A DNA stretch of 64,000 nucleotides from Mytilus trossulus (Eukaryota), in NCBI RefSeq assembly GCF_036588685.1, contig NC_086379.1:14384001-14448000 (forward strand), in the 5' to 3' direction. The position numbers and the translations under genes are program-made. Shown piece by piece: positions 24,901 through 36,900 of this stretch. Numbering within the stretch: the first letter of the stretch is position 1; each line of letters begins with the position of its first letter. Below the pieces are notes generated by a model. It did no database searches, was not told the origin of the DNA, and saw nothing but the letters and a program-made list of their open reading frames with translations.

Positions 24901-27900
24901 GCTGACGTCATTAATTTCGGTTGTGCGAATTTCAAAAAAGTACCTGCTAAAAAAGTGGCCATGCCGTTTTTAAAAGACGGATAAATCCGCCGAAAAGCAG
25001 TGAGATTAAAGGAAATACTTGAGATGTACAAAAATAAATCAAATACAATTTTGCATGACGAAATTGAAGAAATGCATGATAGACACAGAAGAGAGTACTA
25101 TATAACATGGAAAGACGGAACATGCTGAAAAATATTTTACCAATAACACAATTCGGAACAAAATGACCTGCAATAGCTAATTATGAGTATTGGTAGCTGC
25201 TTAACGTCCAGCGGCAAATATTTAATTGCACATTTATGACATCCAAATGTTATTTTAATGAAATTCAAAGAAATGAAAAAACGTATGAACCCGTGATTAA
25301 TGAGAAAAATCTACCAAAATCTATGGCGCATAAGGTGGCCGAACCGGGTCTGGTGTTGAAATACATACACAAAAGTCATTACTACGGCGAGTTGTACAAC
25401 TATGCAATATTTTTCCTGACGAGAACAGTTATTTTCATTTATTGATAATGAATTTGAAGTTTATAATACTATATTGAATTGAAGAATATCAGTATCAAAA
25501 TAGTTAAGTTTGTGCCTTTTTTTTACTTTTCTTGTTCAGCATTGGGCAGCCTCCAAGTTTTACGGAGAATTGTCATTGTAAGGCCAAATTTGACAGACTA
25601 TCAATGAAATAACAGAACCTACTGCATGTGCGAGACCGTCATCGGTGGACAAGGTTGTATAACACCCCTATTCGTAAATAAAATAATAAATAAAGATATC
25701 GTCTCATCCGGTTCTGGACTTGAAATTGGTACATAAAAAAAATTGCCGATTTTAATTGATATTTTAAAAACATAAAATATTGTATGTGTATGTATAAAAA
25801 CTGTCAATAAAAGTCCGTTAAAAAGATTTCAAAAAATATATTGGTGTCGTTTTTGGTTTAATTTAAGCAAAATATTACCAATATATGCAGAATTGTCACA
25901 CGTTAATTTGTTTAATTATGTAACTTATCTATTGATAAAGACTTCGTTCAATATTATTCTCTTATACCGGCTGTCGTACTTTCTATGAAACATTGTATTA
26001 CAACTTCGTTTTCGGTCGATTGAGGTAATGATGGCATGAGTTAAATTGCGCAAAACAGCTCTTATTATAAAACAACTTGAGAAGTACTGCTTATGATTTA
26101 AATTTGAAAGATGATTATCTTTTAAATGTAAAAAAAACGTACGTCGGAACCTTTTATAGTTGACGACACGGTATCGGTTTTGTCATTGTTGAAGGTTATA
26201 CTGTTGTCAATTTATGGTATCGCCTCAATTATTTATAGTTGGTTTTCATAATGTCATTTCAATAATGTTGTCTTTCCTCTTATAGTACATGAAGTAATTT
26301 AGAACTTATGTCGGACCGAGATGCACCTTTAGTACATCTGACGAAGCAATCTGCTAGAATCCTTTTTTTATATTTTTTTTTATTATAAAAAGGTTCCTGT
26401 CCAAATTTCGTTTCGTAAATGTTTAGCACAAATGTTTTTTCCATTTTATGATTAACCATCTTATAATTTTTTATGATAAGTATCAACGCTTTGAAAAACA
26501 TCTGCATATACTTGACAGCGAACTCGTGTACAACGGGAATGATTACACGACGTTGTTGCAATTAAAATTTAATTTAACGTAATTTAGCGCCATACTGACA
26601 GGCGTCGTAAAAAAGTATGGTATATGGCTTTTATTGAAAAAACAAGCACATGGACCCCAATTTTTTTTCTTTTGCAATCAATCAAGTACTGTTTTAAGAA
26701 CACTCCGCCAAAATTTCAGGAAAAAATTAACAATGAAATTTTTTCTGCACTTCCGAGAAGACGCAAAGATATAATCAATTTGTTTATTTCGGATATAGCA
26801 ATCTAGATCTGGAACACCATTCAAAAGTATTCTTACTTTCTTTAAAAGTCATAATTTATGAAATTTCAGGGATTTTCTTCCAAATATGCAAATTTCAAAC
26901 TAAATTATCTCAAAAAGTAAGTCATGAAGGTACTTTTTTCTTTGCATATTTAAAAAATTCAAATTGAAATTGACCTTCTATCAAAATTTTAAGAAAAAAT
27001 CAACGAAGGATCTCTACTGTATCGTATGCCCTTAAAACGAATCTGCATCCTTTTCAAATATTAAATGCTTTAGACATGTTATTCTCACATACGTTTGATT
27101 TTTTAAACCTGCATACTAACATTGCTTATGTAATTTTTTTAATTGTTTGTATGCACATTGAACGACAAATTTATGTGAAGTATAAAATTTTCTGACGTCA
27201 GACACTCATATCAATCAATGTGTTCGTAGATAGTAGATGTTTTTGTGTTCTGTTAAATTGTTCCTTTCAAAATTGTTATACGATGATGACTGATGTATCC
27301 ATATTTTGACTAATTGATTGATTGTGTCTGTGTATTTAACGCATCAATGTAAATATAACGAAATTTGATGAGACTGTCATTAAAGTGAGAGGGTTAGCGC
27401 TATAGAACCAGGTTTAATCCACCATTTTCTACATTTGAAAATGACTGTACCAAGTCAGGAATATGACAGTTGTTGTCCATTCGTTTTTGATGCGTTTTGT
27501 TATTTGATTTTGCCATAAGATTATGGACTTTCCGAATTGATTTTCCTCTAAGTTCAGTATTTTTGTGATTTTACTTTTTAGACAAATTTTCATGTTGATG
27601 TATTTTAAAAAAAGGTTCAGATTAATTCACCAGTTAGTATACATGTCATGTCATTTCTGTCTTCAAACCGTTTTCCAATATTTACTTGTCTACAGAATCA
27701 AACATCATAAAGAGGTAATTCTTAACATATTTCAAAATAATTGATCAAAGCTGTCCAATCGACATGTTGCGAAACAAAAAGTATCTGCAGGAAAAACAAA
27801 TGGCGGAAGAAAGAAAAAAATAGGAATCAGAACAAATCTCCACGACAGGTCTTAGTGAATTTAATTAACTGTGTGCATCTGTTAATACTACATCTAAATT

Positions 27901-30900
27901 CATCAAGGTTTCCCATTTTCAGACTTTATCACATATTAGGTAGTTGTATATACATACGTTCATGAATGATAAGTACACACTATACTTATATATAACAATA
28001 AATATATCAAACACAATTTATAGTTGCCGATCGCCCACAAGACTAGAAGGACACCGGATTTTATTATAATCTATCATAACAAACATAATATTTATGCAAA
28101 TAATTTCTATATACATATATATAAACAATGCTTTCGATATGAAATGAAAACATTGACTCCGTCGAACCCGCCGGCCAGGAAAAAACAACAACCAAGTTAC
28201 CTTAGTCGATATGGAAACCTGTGTCCAAACCCTAATGCTCGGAAGATCGTCTCGAGAGTTGTACTTGGACAATACTGAAAGTTAGGTTATAGATATAGGA
28301 AGATGTGGTGTGAGTGCTAATGAGACAACTCTCCATCCACATAACAATTTAAAAATTAAACCATTATAGGTTAAAGTACGGCCTTCAACACGGAGCCTTG
28401 GCTCACAACGAACAACAAGCTATAAGGGGCCCCAAAATAACTAGTGTAAAACCATTCAAACGGGAAAACCAACGGTCTAATCTATATAAACAAAACGAGA
28501 AACGAGAAACACGTATATATTACATAAACAAACGACAACTACTGTACATCAGATTCCTGACTTAGGACAGGTGCAAACATTTGCAGCGGGATTAAACGTT
28601 TTAATGGATCCAAACCTTCTCCCTTTTTCTGAAACAATAGCATAACATCACAACATAGAAAAACATACGATAAAATATCAATTGGCAGACTTAACTCAAT
28701 CAAAAAACGTAATATGCTTACATAAACAAATACCATCAAAATGTGTAATAGCAAACATAAATACCAATATATAGTACACAAACAAGAAAAAATCAAACAT
28801 TAATGAACCAACATAAAATCTGAACTTGACCAGTTCGAAGTTGGCGAGAGAATGGTCTGATAGGAAAATAAACCCGCCAAAATGACCATTCACGTGATAC
28901 TACAATTAATATCACGTGTCCATACATATATTGAAAGAACCTAATATCACGTGTCCATACATATATTGAAAGAACCGTTAGTACAATAATTTTTACTCTA
29001 TACTTCGAAACGCGGAAAATTATAAATCCTTGTCTTAATTTATCTGTACAATTGGAATGCAATATAAGCCTAAACTAAGAAAACGAATCTTAATTGATTG
29101 AGGGTCTTTGATTCTTATAAAATCAAAATTATTTGGGTTTAAGTATGCCTTGGCATTTCGAATATTTTGATTACGTAACGCATTTTGCATTCTGAAGATT
29201 TAAGTATTTATAAGAGATGTGTATAGAATTTATAATCAACATTATGTTGACATTGATTTTGATAAAAGATGCAACAAAGTTTAACAAGTATATACAAAAT
29301 GTCAATTCGTACCTTATTTTCCACATTTGGATCTATATCTGCTCTTTCTAATAACAATTGAACTATGTCAAGATTTCCACAACTAGAAGCTGCGTGTAAG
29401 GGAGTATTACCATTAAACTAAAAAAAAAAGCATCATATGAAAGCTATCAAAAACAATTCATACACATGTATAGCAGTTCACAATTGCATTTGCCATTATT
29501 TCGGGACGTTAATGAATTTCAAACTTTTTTGATTATCGCAATTTTGTTAAAACTGTTGATGTGTTTTATGTAAATTATTTGTGTACATAGTACATTTCTA
29601 TTGTGATGTGTAATCGTATCCAGTTTGCATTGTCAAAGGTTGCCTTTTTTCTCAAAAGCTCAGTTGTTTTGGGTGTTTATTTTTCCATCCACCACCAACA
29701 AAACCTGATCGCATTAGTATGACCATTAATGTCCGTTGCGTCAACCTCAACATACAAATACATAACAATATCATGGTTAGTTGTAGTATACAAATAGTTT
29801 GATTACGGGCAGATTTTAAAAAAAGAGGTTACAATAAATGCAATCGAAATAGGAAAAGACATAATTAAATTTGTCAAAATTATATAACACAAACAGACAG
29901 GCTGGTTACATCTACGTCATTTGTGACGTAGTTGAAAGTTGTTTCGTAAGTCCCAGCTCATGCCAGTGCAGTGCATGCATATAGTGTTTATGCCTGTTCT
30001 ATTTTACTTTTATTTTTTTGTGTGACTATATGATTTGTACAATCTTATTATTCATTTGTGCTATGTATTAAGTGTACTCTGCTTTTCACTTAAAAATGTC
30101 ATTAATGGTATCTGCATTGTGTGTTGTTATTAAGTCGATTTGAAAAGCTGTGTTTATGTTGTTTATTGAATATCGACTCTAAATAAAACTATGAATCTTG
30201 AATCTTGAATCAAGATCTTGAATCGTAAGCAATCATATCACATTTCCTTGTTTTAATATGTAGCAGGATATGTGTAATTTAAACATAATGTTTCTTTCTT
30301 TTTATTGGATATCTCAAACGATTTAGCAATTATACTACTTGACTAATATATTCATACCGTATCCTGTTTTGGGGGTTGTGTATTCTTATAAAATATTATC
30401 AGTTTTATAGAAATATTTTACAAAGTTTTACTACCCGGTAAAGAACGTCATCCCATACCCCATTGCCTTTATTCGGATCTATATCTGCTCTGTTTAATAA
30501 CAATTTATCTATGTCAAGATGTCCACAACTAGTAGCTGCGTGTAAGGGAGTATCATCATACTGAAATAAAAAGTTTACAATGTTCGTATTATCATACAGA
30601 CGTATAAAACAAACTATGTCATACAAATGAAAAAAATACAAAAAAAGATTGGCCAACAATTCGAGATAGATGAATTTCAAAACTGTTTTTCTTAATCGTG
30701 TTTTTCTTAAAACTGTTAATAAATAGTGTATCCGAATCACATTTAATTTGACATTAAGTTGATTGATCTGTTGGTGTACTCCATTGTCACCCAAAAACAC
30801 AAACTGAAAAAAGCTTTAAACTCCAATAAATCAAATACACCAACAATATCATGGTAAGTTGTCTTGGCTCTTAGTATAACAGTTGGTTTCATTACTGGCA

Positions 30901-33900
30901 GATTTCAGAAAAGAGGTCTCAGTCCAGGCAATCGAAATAAAAGAGAGACGAAAGATACCAGAGGGACAGTCAAACTCAGAGATTGGATATAAACTGACAA
31001 AGCCATGGCTAAAAAACCAACAGACACATGAAAGAACACAATACACACATCTTGGGTGAATTTAGATGCTTCGGAAGGGTATGATGAGTCTGCTCCACGT
31101 GTTACATCCGTCGTGTTACTCATGTTATTACAAACCCGGTAAAAATTCTCTTTCGGTAGGTCAAATTCTTGAAGAGGGAATGAGATTGTATTTACGACGT
31201 AAGGAAAATATCAGATGTCCTCTGTGAAACGGTTATTCTATAACGATGGCGACACTTAAATTTACGAATGGATGATTGCATTTTTTAACTCTTGGTTTAT
31301 AGCTTTCTTGTGTGCCAGAAATAGTGATCGGGCGTACAAGCCTGGGGAAGATCGTATCAACTGGGAGACATATATTCCGTTTGCAATCGCTGATGTAATA
31401 TTGCTGCATAAAAATGGACAAGTATTAATTGGGAAGCTGAAATCATCTCATTTGTCGTTTCAACCGACCCTCATTGTCAATTTCTAGAAGTATGTGAAGA
31501 TATGAGGCTGACTGAGCTGTATCCTGGTATCCTGTTTTTTTTTCCTTATTTAATGAGATAGATGCGTTCAACAAAGTTACCAAATTCTGAATTATTTAGT
31601 GAGACAACTTATCTATATATTCGAAAGTAAAGTTCATGCATATTGCTAACATATTATCTAAAGAAATGCAAACACCTATTGGATTTTTAAAATGGAAATC
31701 ACTAGAAGACACCAATCTAGCATATGAAACATTAAAATTTATTTTGACATTTTTAGATGATAATAGATATAAAATATTTAAATGAAAAAATACTTCATCA
31801 TATACTACCCTGTAATCAATTATTAAAACAATGGCGTTGAGTACAAACAGATACCTGCTTACACTGTTAACAAATAGAGAATTATGAACACTTCTTCCAC
31901 AAATGTTCATATTTTGAATTACTATGGCGAGTACAACAAATTCTTAAGAAATTAAATATTGGAAGATATGTTATTAATCTAAAACATAGCTTTGGAATAT
32001 AACATGCATGATAAAGAGCACTATGAACTAAATTTACTTTTAACTATTATCAGTTACACAATATATCAAGTATACTACTATATGTCTGACAAAAAAATAA
32101 GTTATACAACCATTCAAAATATTAAAACAAGATATCAGAACTTTTATTGAAATAAGAAACGTTTTAGAATATACAATTGGCAGACCATTATAGCAATTTA
32201 ATAAACTGAATGTCTGACTAGGACCCTATGAATGATGGCTGGAAAATAATAATATCTCAACCAAAAACAGAGAATATACTGTAATTTTCTTTAAACATTG
32301 TATTACCACCTGTTTATGTATATACATGTAAATATTTAAAATATTGACATTATACTATAATTTTCTTCAAACACTGTAGGTATAAGTACCAGTTTATGTT
32401 TACATATAAATAATAGTGTTTATCAATTGTGAATTGCGATTTGACTGTATTTATATACAACAGTCAACAGTTGTTTTATATATGTTATGTTTTCATGATT
32501 ATTATTTGAACTATATATTATTCGTCTATGTTTGTTGTTGTCCACTAAATAAATGTTTTTTTTACTAGCTTAACGTTATTCAAGATATAAGAATCTAGTA
32601 TGACATTAGAACACTCAGAAAACGAAAATTACCTTCAACTGAATAAGTTGATAAAATAGCATCCGATTTTACTAATTCGATATTTTGTAAAACACATATT
32701 TGCATTTCAAACGAATATTCACAACAGAAAAAGATAACGGCATATCAATAATCCTTTCAAAACAAAAATTTTGGAAAAATTTCGTTGAATAATGCACTAA
32801 TGTTTATTCCATATAATTACTGCACATGAGGACGGGATAAGGTACCGGTATTTGATGGTTCTATTAACAAATGTGAGTATGTTAATAAAACTTAGGTTAA
32901 AAAAGAAAGAAAGAAATACTTATCTTTCTTCCTTAGAAGTTCCTGTATGAAGTCAGTCTCATAATAATAAAGAAACAAGTAGGCAAGAAGAGATTGGTTT
33001 GTTGAAAAATACGTCCAAATATGTTGTCAAGTAAGAAATCAAGCATCTTGATAATGTAAGTATCAGAATTGTTCTTTGTTTATTTGAATCAGACTGATTC
33101 TTTACAAAGTAGGATTTATCCCTTCCTACAACAAGATATTTGATTACTTTTCTAGAAAACCAAACAAAGCCAACTCTTTCAAAATTCTTAGATTGTACGT
33201 ACTCTTAAAGATTTTGGAATTTATTGATATCCCCATCGAATTCACGCCATCTCTAGAAAAGGAAGTTTCACAATAACTTTGAAGCCCGGCTTTGAATGCT
33301 GATAGAATATTTGTTAATGAATTTTGATTTGTATCAACGACCTCAAAGCCTTACTGTATTCGGAAAGAATATATTTGCACGTTTAGCCAATTCCCTGGCA
33401 TAATCCTCGATTGAATTCATCAGTATTTTGAAGATGTATTTCAAATTGATAGATTAAGGCTCACGATACTAAGGACCGTTGGATAAAACATTGTGCAGGG
33501 AGCTGTTAATAACAATGTTGATGTCAACGGTGGCCAGCCGGATTTTATATGAATTGCGAACTAGCATAGGTGCAATAGGAGGTTGAGATTTGTCGTCAAT
33601 ATTGAATTTCTGAAAAATGTGTTTGTAATTGGAAATATTAGTTGCAGTTGGTTTGGTATAGGTATAAGAAATGATTGGTACAGACTGATCTTTACAATAA
33701 GGAGGTATTTTCGACTAAACCTATTTATGATGACAGTTATTGCCTAAGTTATCGTCATCGAGACCTTTGTTGGGAAAGGAAAGTTTATGAATTGTTCATG
33801 AATTTGTTCATAAGGATTAAGATAATAACTTCTGTACTTAAAACATGTTCATGGTGATATTTTCAATTGATAAAGATTGCTAGTTTTCCAGAAAGTCGGT

Positions 33901-36900
33901 TGTTCTATCTATTTCCTCCAGGTTCATCCACCAACAAAAACTAACCACCATGGTATTTGCAATCTCATTGAACAAATATTTTTACTCCAACAAACAAATA
34001 CACTAACAATATCGTGGAAAGTTGTATCATGCTTATAGTATAAAAGTTAGTAGCATTACGGACAGACTTTAAGAAAGAGATCTCAGGCAAGGCATAAATT
34101 AAAAACTGATACGAAAAGCTGTCAAAAGTAGATAGATAGATAGATGCTGTATTCCCTGTAAATTAATACAAGTTATAACTTTACAGAGTACCTAAGGATG
34201 TATGGATTTGTTTCCAGATATATCAGGATAGTTTAATATCATTGTTCTTGCTAGCAAATAACCAGCAATATAATTGTAAGTTATATAACACTTATAGTAT
34301 AACAGTTGGTTTCATTACGGGCAGATTTTTAGCTAGCAAATAACCAGCAATATAATTGTAGGTTGTATAGCACTCATAGAATAACAATTTTTTTTAATTT
34401 TGCCTACGTTCTGAAATTTGATTTGGGGTGATGGCTGTAGCTAAACATTATAGTATAGTATCCTCTGAACTATATATTTTATGTTAACAACGTAACTAGG
34501 AATGGTCACGGTGCCTTTATATTAGTCAAACAGAGCAGCAGGCATAATTCATTATAAGAATTGAAACCATATATTAACACCACATATCTTTTTTCTCTTA
34601 ACAGACTTTACCATGTATTGTGTAGACATTCAAATTCAAGTTCTTTTAGTAAAATCGATTCGTCACAACAATACACTCTATTAAATGAAAAGACCATATC
34701 ACCGTCGGATACAATATGTTACATTAAATTACTCAGAATGAAATACACACAACTATCTGTATACCTTATCACCAACAAATACAGAAGCTACCTTTTTTCT
34801 GGACCTTTAACCAAATGGTTGAAACCTAATCAATACGCATTAAAACATCGGTTTGAAGAATAAGGTTGTTATGTACCTGAATATATGTATAGAAAAAGAG
34901 TATATGTGGTAACTTGAACCCAACCTAAGTGTGGTATTCAATATGTGGGACAGACGGGACGAGAGTATTTCAGAAGAAATCAAGAACATCTGTACCGCTT
35001 TCGTAGACCCAAAAAATTCAAAAGTTTAATATATCAGCATTTAGATAAGCATAATCATAATCTGAAATATATAAAATTCCAACCGCTCGAAACCGTTCAA
35101 AAACAACCAGGAGAATCACACAAGCAATTTGAAAAATCACGCGAAGTTCGCGAATTGTTTTGGATAAAAAGACTTCAAACAGCTTATCCTCTCGGTCTAA
35201 ATGATAAAATATTAGGGCAGGGGAACATATCTAAAACTCATATCGATGTCATTAATATTGTTGATAAACGACTTAGAAATAATAGATCTCATGGTAAACG
35301 CAAGAACCGCAATCAACGTATTAAACATCGTAAAAATTATACACTTGCTGATCTGTTATCTATAATAAAGAATAATGGCAGACATCAAGTATTATGCAAA
35401 CTGGGTCAGATACCTATAAGTAAATTATATGCTATTTTTCTTGAGTGTGATAAAATTTCTTTTTTTAGCCCATTTTAAGAATACACCCGTATTATTACAG
35501 CCTTTTGTCATCACAGGCTTTTTCCTATTATTGATAAACCTGAAAATCGTAAACGACATTTTCTCAAATTAAAATATATAAATAGAGGTATTGATTTTAT
35601 TAATTTGTCTAGCATATTCAATGACTCTTCTGTCTATAGCTTAATACCTCCATATTTTGATAATATAGAACAACCCATTATTTCGTATTCTTATAAAAAA
35701 CCGAGCAGAAATTTGATTTTCAATTATACGTCAATTACAACAGACGTCAATATAGAAAATAATGTTCCTTCCACTTGAGATTGCGAAACATCTAGTTTTA
35801 AATATGTTCCCTATGGTCATGTTATCACAGGAGACCTCAACATAGTCGATGACCGTGAAGTCATAACTTTTCTAAAGAAATGACCGAAATACCGTCCTCC
35901 ATCTACAATAGATTGGAAACAGTGTCGTCAGGTCATTAAAGACGCTCTGTCTGCCTATTGTAAAAATTGGTGCAAACGTGAAAAATCCGATAAAAAATCT
36001 TTAGACAGTTATTTGAATAAAATTATGAATACTGTTGATATTCGAATATCTCATTTAGAAAACAATTCTGAAATAAATAATAGGAACCATGATATACCCA
36101 TTTCTAGAATAAAAAACAAACTCAAGGTACTCGCAGAGCGGTTTGTGTTCGTACCGGCAGACAAGGCATCAAATAATGTAGTGGTGGTGTGACGCATATA
36201 CTACACGAAAGTTCTTCAAAACGAAATTATCAATTCCTCTACATTCAGGTCAGTGCGCACCATAGAGAGTCAAATCGTTAACAAGCATACCACTGCAACT
36301 GCCCAGCTTAAAGCATCTTCCGAACATTTGAAAGTCCCTACCATGTACTGGTTACCGAAATTACACAAAAAACCATTTAAATTCCGTTTCATCTCCGCTT
36401 CGAGTAAGTGTTCTACTACTAATCTATCAGTGTTTCTAACCACCTCCCTTACTACTATCAAAGAACTGGTTATTAACTTTTGTAATAAAGCTTATGAAAA
36501 TAATGGTATTAATTATTTTTGGAGTGTTAAAAATTCTTTAGAGGTTTTAGATAAAATACATGCTTTCAATGGTCCTTACAATTCTGTTGACAGTTATGAT
36601 TTTTCTACTCTGTACACTACACTTCCACACAATCTTATAAAGAAAAAGTTTTTGTATTTGATAAAATGGTCTTTCGAAAATTCTCATTGTGATTTTATTT
36701 GCTGTAACTCGTTTAAGGCCTTTTTCTGTAACGAAAAAGGAAAGTATGCTAGATACACTTACTGGAAATGTGAGGATATGATTAAAGCTTTAAACTTTCT
36801 GCTTGATAACATTTATGTACGTTTCGGCGATAAAGTGTATCGTCAGGTAGTAGGTATTCCTATGGGCACCAACTGTGCCCCTTTAATAGCAGATTTATTT

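Noticed and set aside
34561-34863. 100-aa ORF in frame with the Naiad ORF as its N-terminus
   Set aside because: Ends in TAA and shows no Cys-rich knuckle or other recognisable motif; treated as flank.
35881-35883. Fourth in-frame TGA as selenocysteine
   Set aside because: The context K-TGA-PKYR matches a KGPKYR-type motif, so a GGA-to-TGA nonsense change is more likely. A family consensus would settle it.
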